A stretch of 64,000 bases of DNA, taken from Amphiscolops sp. MND2022 (Eukaryota). The translations under genes and the position numbers were made by a program. Shown in pieces: positions 1 to 13,246 of the stretch. Location of the stretch: positions 15,688,001 to 15,752,000 of the forward strand of contig OZ076409.1 in NCBI GenBank assembly GCA_964187785.1, read 5' to 3'. Positions within the stretch are counted from its first letter, which is position 1; every line of letters starts with the position of its first letter. The notes below the pieces were generated by a model, which was not told the origin of the DNA, did no database searches, and worked only from the letters and a program-made list of their open reading frames with translations.

Positions 1-376
1 TTTAGCATGCAGGCCAGCAGCATGTGAATTTTGTTTAAAAAATGGGCCTTCGAATTAGGGCGACCGGCATTTTCGAAGTATAGTGACGGATTTCAATTAT
101 GGTTTTGACGGCTGATTAGGTAGCCTAGTTTTAAACACTGCAAAATAAAATTTAGTAGGTTCGTTTTTGTCATCACCCAATGAAGTATTCGTGGCAAGTT
201 GAGCTGTACTAATCCCCTCTATAACGTGATGAAATTTGGTTACAACATATGTCATTCAGTTTAACTTGGTTCAAAAAGTCAAAACTCGGTATAGTAAATA
301 GTTTGTCAATGCGTAAAAATATAGGATTTGGGGAAAATTTGGATGTTATAAGATCCACGATCCGTGGAATTATTCG

Positions 377-529
377 ATTACAGCCCCAATTGAAATGAAG
401 ATTTTAATTGACAATTTTTTAAAGTGACCTCTTCAGATTTCTAAGTTTTGTAAAGCAGAATAAAAAAAAACGAGGATCCGATTTTAGAAAATTGACAATT
501 AAAATCTTCATTTCAATTGGGGCTGTAAT
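377..529. repeat. Small inverted-repeat (MITE-like) element, ~41-bp arms
   Basis: attacagccccaattgaaatgaagattttaattgacaattt (from 377) is the reverse complement, with 1 mismatch, of aaattgacaattaaaatcttcatttcaattggggctgtaat (ending 529). Confidence 0.6.
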
Positions 530-866
530 TAAAACGTTTTAGACCTTTTCCCCCCAGATACACCTTGTTTCTTATTCCCCAATACGAAGTTGTTTCGACT
601 CATCAGGATTTTTTGATAATTTTTTGACGAAAGAGCAAAAATTCCCCCAACAATCTTGGGAGAACAAACTTGAATTGTGTTTCACCGGTAGGACTGAAAA
701 TATACCATTACTCAATAGGCGCCTTGATGAGATGATTTGAATGCAATTAACTTTTTGACTCAATTTTGGTGTCAAAATGAAATTTGTTCCTAAGATCTCA
801 TTTTAATAATTAAATAATTGAACAATTCAAATGATATCTTTTGGTGAACGCTGTTATTCTAATCAA

Positions 867-982
867 TACGACGAAATTTCTGACGACGAATTTTCTGACG
901 ACGAAGTTTCTGGATTTGCTAATACGACGAAATTTCCTACGACGAAATTTCTGACGACGAAATTTCTGACGACGAAATTTCC
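867..982. repeat. 15-bp tandem repeat (GACGACGAAATTTCT)n
   Basis: About 7 imperfect copies in two blocks, directly visible. Confidence 0.8.
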
Positions 983-1159
983 GCCTCCCGTGAAATCACC
1001 TGGATGATCTTATCTGGAGGTACACCACGACCATAAGCATACTATTGTTTGTACCATGTTCATAGTAATTGTAGAATGACGTTGAAAGCCTCCTCCAATT
1101 TCGAGCATTATTTGTATCATAACAGGTTTCTGCATTTTTGATTTTTTGTTTCATTTTAA

Positions 1160-1620
1160 ACGTAAAGCGACAATCCCAAGAGGCGATTCGTCCCAAATTG
1201 CAAAAAGCGACAATTCACCCGAAGCGTCAATTCGTCCCATTATGAAAAAGCGGTAATTCGTCCCCAATTTAAGTGCCAAATAGTAATGAATCCGGAAATT
1301 TTACATTTAGTGGTAGAAACTAACCATTGACACCAATTGACAGGGTCGCATTTTGGCAAACTTGATATTCTTCATGCACATTCTTCAGTATTTCAAGATT
1401 AGTGCACTCCGTCATTTCTACTTTTGGAACTATTTGTTCTATCAGTTGAATTCAATCTTCAAAAAGTTGTTAATAAGTTGGGATCATATAAACATCAAAT
1501 AAACAATTTGGGACGTATTGTTGCCGTTTCAAAATGGGGCGAACTGCCGCTTGCGACAAATTGTCGCTTTTTGGAATTTAGGACGAATTGGCGTTTGGGA
1601 CGATTTGTCGCTCATCCCAT
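1160..1620. mobile_element. Degenerate MITE-like element with imperfect inverted ends
   Basis: Left-end motifs gcgacaat / ttcgtccc / aaaaagcgacaatt are mirrored on the right by aattgtcgcttttt / ggacgaa / ttgtcgc. Boundaries are approximate. Confidence 0.4.
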
Positions 1621-2207
1621 TTTAAATGAGGTTGCCAAAATTAGATGAATTCTACGAATCTTGCCTTTTTACTCGAACTTTCATCTCGTATAGTTCTCTA
1701 GATGTGATTAACGTTTGTGTCCTTAAAATTAGTTTGCACATTCTGAATGGAAACGCGACTATTGATTTGGTTTTTCATTCCTGTCGAAATGGCAAAAAAA
1801 TCAACAAATACAAAACGGCTAGGTTCTGAAGAGAGCCAAAATCCTTCAAAGAGCTCTTCTTCTCAGCATGTTGTTTTCAACATTTTGATTTGGGTTACAA
1901 AGCAATATATGTGTCTTTAGGTACTATGCAACTTTTTATTGAACATTTCCTCAAAATGTTCAGAGCGCAAGCTTGGCGCTGACTTGTTGCCTTTCCCGAT
2001 ATTTCAAACCTAATGTTATTCCAGGTCTTTATAGTGTATACTAGGCGCGATGGGAAAACCCTCATGGGTTCTTCACGCGTTTTTTTTCAGCCCGGCATTG
2101 ATCCATGTCAGGAAGGTTCAGTTCCAGAGCGCATCCTCAAGAGTTAGGCAAGTCCGGTGACTTATCTCAAGAGTCCGTGTAAGGACAAATTTTTCCTTCA
2201 AAAGTTC

Positions 2208-2296
2208 AAAATAAAAATTCTGCTTCACGTGTATGAGTCTCCCGGTTTGGTCACCAAACCGGGAGACTCATACACGTGAACCAGAATTTTTATTTT
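2208..2296. repeat. Near-perfect palindrome (44-bp arms, 1-nt spacer)
   Basis: aaaataaaaattctg...cccggtttggt-c-accaaaccggg...cagaatttttatttt, centre 2252, one mismatch. Confidence 0.85.
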
Positions 2297-2953
2297 CGAC
2301 GGTCGATGAACTAGAATGGTCCCAAAACTTCGCCGCTCAGTAGGTCAACCCACTGACCCGACTTCACTAATAGTTAGATGGCTTTTCCTTCGACAATGTG
2401 CATGGATTGCATTACAGCTGGAGAACCCACCATTAATCACCCGGGAACAACGTTCTGGCAAAATTGGGATCTTTTTAAGAAAAAGTATCCTTCTTATCAA
2501 CACGTTGCTGGTCAATGAAATTCATCTTCGTGGTTTAATATGCTTTGAAATTTTCCACATCATCCTGCAGACGCTGGGATTATTTTTCCTGCAGATCATC
2601 GATGCAGTGGGGTTATTTTTTAAGAATTGTACGATACGGTTCTTAGTATCATGATCCATCAAACGCCTCCTGTGATCGGGAAAATTCAGAAATCTGTTTC
2701 ACCATCTTTGGAAACCTTGAGGTTGATATTTCATCGTTTTTTGCCCAGTAGTACCGTTTTCCATACAAAAAAGTCTAATGAGGGATCCTTTTCTGCTATC
2801 CTGAACAATATTAAATATGAACTGTTCATCGGTAAATTTGAAAGAGCGATTTGATAGTTGCATTTTCACAGCAAATGTGCAAATTTTCGAAAACTTAAGA
2901 AAATGGGAAATATGATCAAACTAACATTCAAACTAACATCCGGTGGAAGCTAA

Positions 2954-4069
2954 CCCAGTGTAAAATATAGTGAAACTCTTGCCAAGATCTTGGATTTTCC
3001 CGCAAATTCCCGTTACCTCTTGAAACCCTTGATAAGATCTTGAATTATCTTGGACCGTTGAAAAAGCTTGAAATTCTTGAGAAGAATCTTGCCAAGATTC
3101 TTGTCAAGAAATCCGGGAGGTGGAACTGCATTTAGCAAGTCTGTTATAATTTATGCATTTCATGAAACACCAACCAGGAGCGTTCGTATGGAACGAATTT
3201 TGTTTGTAATGAAATTTCCAGCGGAAATATGGAAAAATATCAAATATGAAATCGGGGAAACCTCCCAAAAGTATTTTGGAGCCAAATTGTTGAATCAGAT
3301 TGATGACGTAATACAAAACAAAGTTTGGTACCAATTGACATATTGTCTATTTAGACCTGGAACTGTAGTATACTAATACATTATACTAATTTCAGTTCAC
3401 CAATTCTCTATTTTAGTGGTGCTTAAGAGCATTACTTTTACTAAATATAAATGAAAGTTAAGGCCTTTTTCTTGGATTTTCCCGGATTTCTTGGGAAGAT
3501 TCTTGGTATTTCTTGGATTTCTTGACAACTTGTCAAGAAATCCAAGAAATACCAAGAATCTTCCCAAGAAATCCGGGAAAATCCAAGAAAAAGGCCTTAA
3601 CTTTCATTTATATTTAGTAAAAGTAATGCTCTTAAGCACCACTAAAATAGAGAATTGGTGAACTGAAATTAGTATAATGTATTAGTATACTACAGTTCAA
3701 GAAAAATACCTAATTTTTTTGACTGAAAAAATGCACAAAAAGTGTTTTTAGTGCAAAAAACCTCTCGGGAAAAACCAAGAATCTTGTCAAGAAATCCAAG
3801 AAAAATCAAGAATCTTGAAGATTCTTGATTTTTCTTGGATTTCTTGACAAGATTCTTGGTTTTTCCCGAGAGGTTTTTTGCACTAAAAACACTTTTTGTG
3901 CATTTTTTCAGTCAAAAAAATTAGGTATTTTTCTTGAAGTTCTTGGCAAGATCTTGCAAGATTGTACATATTCTTGGCGCTCTTAGTAAGAATCTTGTCA
4001 GGATTCTTACCAAGGCTTTGAGGAAATTTGAACATTCTTGGCAAGAGTTTCAAGATATTTTCCACTGGG
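2954..4069. mobile_element. Non-autonomous TIR DNA transposon with CCCAGTG termini (EnSpm/CACTA-like)
   Basis: Left end cccagtgtaaaatatagtgaaactcttgccaaga; right end reads cccagtggaaaatatcttgaaactcttgccaaga on the minus strand. AAGCTAA flanks both sides (2947-2953, 4070-4076), which also fits a 2-bp AA TSD. Many internal TCTTG/CAAGA motifs. Confidence 0.7.
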
Positions 4070-4175
4070 AAGCTAATATAAAGTCTAAAGTCAACGTTCA
4101 GTCAGTTCCATCAAGTTTGAGAATACTGTCCCAAACTTTTTGGGAACTGACAATTGTCAAAGCAACAACATTTTC

Positions 4176-4579
4176 AAACAAGCCGGGAATGTCATCAGTC
4201 GTCGCCACACTTAACGCTCAAAAATAGCACAAGGACTTCAAAGTGTCATGTATTCTCTTCCACAGTACCCGAAAAAACCCAAGGGGACCGTCTGAGCTGT
4301 TAAACTTCCATTCTGTTGGAAAATATCACAAAAGAAGGGGGTCTTTAGAAATAATGGAAAAATTCGTAAAAAAAGTCTCACTGTTCCGAAAAAAATTGAA
4401 GGGGACCCTTTAGTCGCTAAGAATTAACAACTATTATAATTCAGTTCCATGGGTCAGATGGTACGTTTTGGCCCCTTAAAATTCCTTAGAACCTGGAGAA
4501 CTCTTTTGGTCAGTTCGTGTGGATTGAAAAAAAGGATCACTATTATAGCCGCGTTTCACTTCATGAAGTGTCGACTAAA
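4176..4579 (-). mobile_element. Helentron/DINE-1-like (HINE) interspersed repeat copy
   Basis: Begins aacaagccgggaa...gtcgtcgcc and ends gtgtcgactaaa, like the copies at ~28888, ~36758, 16581 and 39426. Confidence 0.55.
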
Positions 4580-7212
4580 GATTCTTGGTGAAATTTCCAA
4601 ATCTCTTAAACATAGATACAAAAGTTGACATTAATATGCTATGTATTCGTTTTGGATGAATTGAGTTGTTTCAGTCAAATATTTTTTCATAGCGGCAAAA
4701 ATGTTATGATAACAAGCTGAAACAAAACTATTATACACTAGGGTACCAAAACGCTGAGAACATTCGATTTCACGAACGAAAATTTTTAAATCGCAAAGGA
4801 GTAAAATCTCAAATTTCGATCAGAATTAGGGGATACAGACAAAAAAACTACAAAAGGGACCACCTTTGGCTAATTTTCGACGATCGGCATTTCCTTAATC
4901 TATTCGACGATCGGCATTTCCTTAATCTATCATCCAATACCTCGGAAACAGCTGTTCCTAACAAACAAAGTTAAGGACAAACTTTGTATCTTTGATTCAG
5001 ATCTATAACTTCTGACTAACACTTGCGCCCTCCTTAAGAGTTTACCCCGCGAAATGATAAAAAATGCGAATTCTTCATTTTTTACTCCATTTGGACGGAA
5101 TTGTTGTTTTTGGCTGCTCATTTTCCAAGAAAGCATTTTCAGGTAAGGGCAAGTGTTAAAAATAAACGTTAAAGAATGGTGTGACGACTGCAAGAGTGAT
5201 CGACAGTTTTTTTCTGACCAGTAGTTTCTGACATATTGCCTAATAAGGTTCAAAATGTTCCGAAACTTCTCAAAATACCATGTGATATAATCTCGAAATT
5301 TTTGATTCGACTTCAAAACTAAAACAACCGTTGTAATTCTGATCGATGATTCTACTAGTGAGATTTTTTTGTGAAATGAATATCATAACAGATATTGCTT
5401 TTTGTCTTCAACTTTTTAGTGCATTTGAACAAAAACAAAAAGCTAAAACTAACGTTCAATGTTTTATGATCGCTGCAAAAATGCCAATGACGATGAATTT
5501 CAATCTGTTTTGAGGTGAAAATTACATTCAATAGATGGGTTGGAGGAGCTTTGTTGATATTGATGTCTGATTGATGCTTCAAAGAAAATTTGAACTGCAA
5601 AATTGTGTGAATCAATCGTCTAATTCTTTTCTTTTTCATTTTCCCGCTAGATTAAAAAAATCGGAGAATAAATTGAAATTTCAACTACAGGCAAAACTTC
5701 AAATTTTTTGAAGGCTTAATTACTACGCTAGTTATTGATTTGATTTTTGGAAATAATCAACCTTTCAATTTTGCACCTTCTATCAGGAAATTAAGTCTTT
5801 TGAAAAATTGGAAAAAGATAAAGTTCATTTCCAAGATGATTGTTTTTCTCAATTCAGATATCAACAATAAGACAACGTCACAAGGTTTAATATAATATCA
5901 AAAATCGACTAGGAGAATTTTGTATTTTGACTTCATTATACCAATAGTCAAATGTAATTTTCAAGGTAATTCAGAACATAGGGAATATACAGATTTCCAT
6001 TTGATCTTGGTTTTCGGAAACTGCGTGACCCTGAGACTCTGTATTTGTTACGACTTCGGTTAGGGTCATTGTTTTGTACATTTCTGATTATTTTCGTTGC
6101 TTTCATGAAAGACCGACATTTCTTCTCTCTTGATTTCTCGATGAAAAGATTTTCGAGTTTGTTGATTTTGAATTGAGGTCTGTAAAATTGTTGTTTTAAC
6201 AAAACAAAGTTGAGCTTAATGAAAGTTCGCAGATTGAAACACAAACAGAATGAACAATTTTACAAGTACAAGCTATATATACCCTCTTAGCATCATCTGT
6301 TCAAACTAGCGTACTTCGATTTCCATCGAGATAGTCACTTCCTGTAAATTTGCGGCAAAATTTTGATCTGCGTTAGCATTTCGTCAATTTTTGTGGTATT
6401 TCCATAGTTAGATTGATATTAGTCATCAGCCAGTGCCAAATCATTTCATTCCGGCGTTCTTTTATTTCCTCCAAAGCAGGAAGTAGATATTATTACTTCA
6501 GTCTGCCAAACCGGAAAAGTTTCCCTGTTTTACAGCTTTGGTTCGCAGTATTGAACAACTAATACCTGATTTTGAATTTCAATTTGAAAAATTATGACTA
6601 TTTTCTTGATTTAGGCAATTTGGTGATGCTAAGAGAGTGATTGATTTACATGAGGCTAAACAATTAAATATTTCAACCATTAACAATTATTTATCTATTA
6701 AAAGTTAAGAGCAACACCTTTGAGCAACAATAAAGGACGACGTGACATGGTCAAACAGCCAATGAATTTATTAAATTAGGTAATCAAAGCATACATTTAA
6801 AAAGCCTGCTTAGACTGCCTTTTATTAACACAAATTGAATATAACCTGTGACTCTCCAATTTAAATTGTGTAAAAACACTGTTAGTTTAAGTTAGTATGT
6901 AAATTCCAGGCATAAATACCATTTTCCGCTCAAGTTCAATCTTAGTTGACGCAATACTGACGTAGAAATGTGTTTTGTTAACTTCTTGTACATTAGTTGA
7001 TGTAGCGTTGACGCAGATTCAAAATCTGTCCTAATTGGTGACTTTGCGACATAGTGTTGACGCAAATTCTAATTCAGTTCTAGCTAGCAATTTCTGCTGA
7101 CTCAGCACTTCCGTAAATTCAAAATCCGTCATCTTTAGTAATTTTGCGACGTAGTGTTGACACGTTTTATTGGCAAACTTGGCAGCGTGACTAGTTTGAC
7201 GCAATGCTGACA

Positions 7213-7390
7213 AGTATTTAGAATGATTTCCTAGCTAGCTGCCAAGGCGGTGACGTAGCGTTGGCGGGTATTTGGAGTGATTTCCTAGCTAGCGGCCAAG
7301 GCGGTGACGTAGCGTTGGCGGATATTTGGAATGAAGTTGTAGCTAGCTGCCACGCTAGTGACGTAGTGATGACGAGTATTTTGGAATGAA
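7213..7390. repeat. 54-bp minisatellite (~3 copies); also at ~11356-11533 and ~14420-14597
   Basis: Unit tgatttcctagctagctgccaaggcggtgacgtagcgttggcgggtatttggag starts at 7224, 7278 and 7332. Confidence 0.8.
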
Positions 7391-8012
7391 TTCTAGAGAT
7401 TGAATTTTAGATTGTTTTCAACCTAACCCAGTCCGGACGCGGACTGGGACAGTATTTGTTGGGGATCAGTGTTTAAGTAGTCCTAATTAGCGATGCTTGA
7501 TCAGATCAATGGCCAGAAAACTACAAGGGTTGACCATTTTGCTAGCATTTTAGTCACCATGGCAAGATCATAACAATTTCTCATTTTCTACTGGCGGCCA
7601 TGGATTCATGACAAGATCCTATCCATCCCTCAGTGTATGACTGGAAATGTGTGAAGTTGTTTCGGAATGTTTTAGTTCTGGAATCGTTCATCATTTTAGA
7701 TTTTGATGGTCTTATTTGGTCACAGTTTATTTTGTGTTAATAATATAGTCTAACGTTTTTCATAATGCATCCATGACCACGGCCAAACTGCTTCTCTTGG
7801 CAACCACAATCAAGGCCGGGCGAGGACAGTGACAGAGCCACTGTCATGGGACGAAGAGATCTCGTGGGGTTGTCGAAATTTAAGAGAGGATTCTTTGGGT
7901 TGTACGCTTTCCAAGAGGAATGTGAGATTTCCGGTACCACTCTGTGATTCGGTGTAGCACTCTTTGGGAGGGCGTAGTAGCTGTCTTTTAAATCCTTTGT
8001 AATCCCAGGTGT

Positions 8013-8260
8013 TGACGTTTTGCTGACGTCAATTCCGTTAGCGATTAGCCAACTTCAATTTTATTTGTCACCGTTTTGATGACGTCATTTTCGTTAGCGA
8101 TTAGCCAACTTCAACTTTGTCTGTCACCGTTTTGATGACGTCATTTTCGTTAGGGATTAGCCAACTTCAATTTTGTTTGTCACCGTTTTGATGACGTGAA
8201 TTTCGTTAGCCATTAGCCAACTTCAATTTTGTTTGTCACCGTTTTGGTGACGTCAATTTT
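8013..8260. repeat. 56-bp minisatellite (~4.5 copies); also at ~12156-12403
   Basis: Unit gttagcgattagccaacttcaattttgtttgtcaccgttttgatgacgtcattttc starts at 8037, 8093, 8149 and 8205. Confidence 0.85.
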
Positions 8261-11200
8261 GTGTTTGTTAGCGTTTTGCTAACGTTTGTTTAAATTTGTT
8301 ATTTTTCCTTTTTTTAGCTTCGGTCACTGTCGACGTCATAATGCCGTTTTATCAGTATTGGACTGTTTTAACCCTGGTCATTTAAGACGTCAATCTTGCG
8401 TCTTTGTTTATGGGCTGTTTGAAACCGGTCATTCTCAGATCCACTTGATCTTAAGAGACAATGATCTGCAAAGTGATAAATGGACTCATTTTTGTTCTCT
8501 GAGGGAGATGTGCGTATTAGTGACGCTGAAGCGCTGGTTATTCCACAACCCTTAGGTTTGTAACATTCCCCGTTCCATTTGTCTTTTTTGAATCATACAA
8601 AATTGCAGAAAGGCCTTTTCTGTCATTGTATCTTCACAGCTTAGATTTTCTGACGCGTCTATTCAGGAATGTGTGCTTCAGAGACTATGTCATTGTCATT
8701 TTTCGAACGCACATCTGAGCCTAGGAAGAGTGTACTTTTTTTACTTTCCAATGTGAGCTAATTCACCCGTCTCTCGGCAAAGATAACACCCCAGAGAGTA
8801 TGTTTCCAGCTTTTGGAACCTCGTTTTGCGGTAATCGATGTCCTCAACAAGTGCTGGACTGCATCTGACGATGTCCTGACGGGTTGGTTGTTGTTGGTCT
8901 AGTCGTCGAATTCGAATTTTAACTCGTTTATTATCAGTAGTCTCCATTTGGCGGTTGGGTTGCGTTGCTCAATTAGTGTAAGTTCGTCTTTATTTCCAGT
9001 GCGGAGAATATACGCGATGTGGAGGGACGCTCTTTGGACGGTAGGCGGTTCTGCGTTTTTCTTGGAAACATTTTTTGAGTGGTCCAAAACTCCTGTCACC
9101 ATGTTACGTCTTCGGTTAGGGTTGTTGTTTTGTACAATTCTGGGTATTTCTGTTGCTTTCATGAAGGACATTTCTTCTCCTTTGACTGCTCGATGAAACG
9201 ACTTTGGGATGCGAATTCTTCATTTTTTACTCCATTTGGACGGAATTGTTGTTTTTGGCTGCTCATTTTCCAAGAAAGCATTTTCAGGTAAGGGCAAGTG
9301 TTAAAAATAAACGTTAAAGAATGGTGTGACGACTGCAAGAGTGATCGACAGTTTTTTTCTGACCAGTAGTTTCTGACATATTGCCTAATAAGGTTCAAAA
9401 TGTTCCGAAACTTCTCAAAATACCATGTGATATAATCTCGAAAATTTTGATTCGACTTCAAAACTAAAACAACCGTTGTAATTCTGATCGATGATTCTAC
9501 TAGTGAGATTTTTTTGTGAAATGAATATCATAACAGATATTGCTTTTTGTCTTCAACTTTTTAGTGCATTTGAACAAAAACAAAAAGCTAAAACTAACGT
9601 TCAATGTTTTATGATCGCTGCAAAAATGCCAATGACGATGAATTTCAATCTGTTTTGAGGTGAAAATTACATTCAATAGATGGGTTGGAGGAGGTTTGTT
9701 GATATTGATGTCTGATTGATGCTTCAAAGAAAATTTGAACTGCAAAATTGTGTGAATCATTCGTCTAATTCTTTTCTTTTTCATTTTCCCGCTAGATTAA
9801 AAAAATCGGAGAATAAATTGAAATTTCAACTACAGGCAAAACTTCAAATTTTTTGAAGGCCTAATTACTACGCTAGTTATTGATTTGATTTTTGGAAATA
9901 ATCAACCTTTCAATTTTGCACCTTCTATCAGGAAATTAAGTCTTTTGAAAAATTGGAAAAAGATAAAGTTCATTTCCAAGATGATTGTTTTTCTCAATTC
10001 AGATATCAACAATAAGACAACGTCACAAGGTTTAATATAATATCAAAAATCGACTAGGAGAATTTTGTATTTTGACTTCATTATACCAATAGTCAAATGT
10101 AATTTTCAAGGTAGGGAATATACAGATTTCCATTTGATCTTGGTTTTCGGAAACTGCGTGACCCTGAGACTCTGTATTTGTTACGACTTCGGTTAGGGTC
10201 ATTGTTTTGTACATTTCTGATTATTTTCGTTGCTTTCATGAAAGACCGACATTTCTTCTCTCTTGATTTCTCGATGAAAAGATTTTCGAGTTTGTTGATT
10301 TTGAATTGAGGTCTGTAAAATTGTTGTTTTAACAAAACAAAGTTGAGCTTAATGAAAGTTCGCAGATTGAAATACAAACAGAATGAACAATTTTACAAGT
10401 ACAAGCTATATATACCCTCTTAGCATCATCTGTTCAAACTAGCGTACTTTGATTTCCATCGAGATAGTCACTTCCTGTAAATTTGCGGCAAAATTTTGAT
10501 CTGCGTTAGCATTTCGTCAATTTTTGTGGTATTTCCATAGTTAGATTGATATTAGTCATCAGCCAGTGCCAAATCATTTCATTCCGGCGTTCTTTTATTT
10601 CCTCCAAAGCAGGAAGTAGATATTATTACTTCAGTCTGCCAAACCGGAAAAGTTTCCCTGTTTTACAGCTTTGGTTCGCAGTATTGAACAACTAATACCT
10701 GATTTTGAATTTCAATTTGAAAAATTATGACTAATTTTCTTGATTTAGGCAATTTGGTGATGCTAAGAGAGTGATTGATTTACATGAGGCTAAACAATTA
10801 AACATTTCAACCATTAACAATTATTTATCTATTAAAAGTTAAGAGCAACACCTTTGAGCAACAATAAAGGACGACGTGACATGGTCAAACAGCCAATGAA
10901 TTTATTAAATTAGGTAATCAAAGCATACATTTAAAAAGCCTGCTTAGACTGCCTTTTATTAACACAAATTGAATATAACCTGTGACTCTCCAATTTAAAT
11001 TGTGTAAAAACACTGTTAGTTTAAGTTAGTATGTAAATTCCAGGCATAAATACCATTTTCCGCTCAAGTTCAATCTTAGTTGACGCAATACTGACGTAGA
11101 AATGTGTTTTGTTAACTTCTTGTACATTAGTTGATGTAGCGTTGACGCAGATTCAAAATCTGTCCTAATTGGTGACTTTGCGACATAGTGTTGACGCAAA

Positions 11201-13246
11201 TTCTAATTCAGTTCTAGCTAGCAATTTCTGCTGACGCAGCACTTCCGTAAATTCAAAATCCGTCATCTTTAGTAATTTTGCGACGTAGTGTTGACACGTT
11301 TTATTGGCAAACTTGGCAAACTTGGCAGCGTGACTAGTTTGACGCAATGCTGACAAGTATTTAGAATGATTTCCTAGCTAGCTGCCAAGGCGGTGACGTA
11401 GCGTTGGCGGGTATTTGGAGTGATTTCCTAGCTAGCGGCCAAGGCGGTGACGTAGCGTTGGCGGATATTTGAATTGAAGTTGTAGCTAGCTGCCACGCTA
11501 GTGACGTAGTGATGACGAGTATTTTGGAATGAATTCTAGAGATTGAATTTTAGATTGTTTTCAACCTAACCCAGTCCGGACGCGGACTGGGACAGTATTT
11601 GTTGGGGATCAGTGTTTAAGTAGTCCTAATTAGCGATGCTTGATCAGATCAATGGCCAGAAAACTACAAGGGTTGACCATTTTGCTAGCATTTTAGTCAC
11701 CATGGCAAGATCATAACAATTTCTCATTTTCTACTGGCGGCCATGGATTCATGACAAGATCCTATCCATCCCTCAGTGTATGACTGGAAATGTGTGAAGT
11801 TGTTTCGGAATGTTTTAGTTCTGGAATCGTTCATCATTTTAGATTTTGATGGTCTTATTTGGTCACAGTTTATTTTGTGTTAATAATATAGTCTAACGTT
11901 TTTCATAATGCATCCATGACCACGGCCAAACTGCTTCTCTTGGCAACCACAATCAAGGCCGGGCGAGGACAGTGACAGAGCCACTGTCATGGGACGAAGA
12001 GATCTCGTGGGGTTGTCGAAATTTAAGAGAGGATTCTTTGGGTTGTACGCTTTCCAAGAGGAATGTGAGATTTCCGGTACCACTCTGTGATTCGGTGTAG
12101 CACTCTTTGGTAGGGCGTAGTAGCTGTCTTTTAAATCCTTTGTAATCCCAGGTGTTGACGTTTTGCTGACGTCAATTCCGTTAGCGATTAGCCAACTTCA
12201 ATTTTATTTGTCACCGTTTTGATGACGTCATTTTCGTTAGCGATTAGCCAACTTCAACTTTGTCTGTCACCGTTTTGATGACGTCATTTTCGTTAGGGAT
12301 TTGCCAACTTCAATTTTGTTTGTCACCGTTTTGATGACGTGAATTTCGTTAGCCATTAGCCAACTTCAATTTTGTTTGTCACCGTTTTGGTGACGTCAAT
12401 TTTGTGTTTGTTAGCGTTTTGCTAACGTTTGTTTAAATTTGTTATTTTTCCTTTTTTTTTAGCTTCGGTCACTGTCGACGTCATAATGCCGTTTTATCAG
12501 TATTGGACTGTTTTAACCCTGGTCATTTAAGACGTCAATCTTGCGTCTTTGTTTATGGGCTGTTTGAAACCGGTCATTCTCAGATCCACTTGATCTTAAG
12601 AGACAATGATCTGCAAAGTGATAAATGGACTCATTTTTGTTCTCTGAGGGAGATGTGCGTATTAGTGACGCTGAAGCGCTGGTTATTCCACAACCCTTAG
12701 GTTTGTAACATTCCCCGTTCCATTTGTCTTTTTTGAATCATACAAAATTGCAGAAAGGCCTTTTCTGTCATTGTATCTTCACAGCTTAGATTTTCTGACG
12801 CGTCTATTCAGGAATGTGTGCTTCAGAGACTATGTCATTGTCATTTTTCGAACGCACATCTGAGCCTAGGAAGAGTGTACTTTTTTTACTTACCAATGTG
12901 AGCTAATTCACCCGTCTCTCGGCAAAGATAACACCCCAGAGAGTATGTTTCCAGCTTTTGGAACCTCGTTTTGCGGTAATCGATGTCCTCAACAAGTGCT
13001 GGACTGCATCTGACGATGTCCTGACGGGTTGGTTGTTGTTGGTCTAGTCGTCGAATTCGAATTTTAACTCGTTTATTATCAGTGGTCTCCATTTGGCGGT
13101 TGGGTTGCGTTGCTCAATTAGTGTAAGTTCGTCTTTATTTCCAGTGCGGAGAATATACGCGATGTGGAGGGACGCTCTTTGGACGGTAGGCGGTTCTGCG
13201 TTTTTCTTGGAAACACTTTTTGAGTGGTCCAAAACTCCTGTCACCA

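Noticed and set aside
7213..8260. CRISPR-like arrays
   Set aside because: Units are contiguous tandem repeats with no unique spacers, the context is eukaryotic, and there are no cas genes.
8741..8947. Possible zinc knuckle CYLCRETGELAH in the duplicated unit
   Set aside because: The CCHC spacing is incomplete and there is no supporting gag or pol context.
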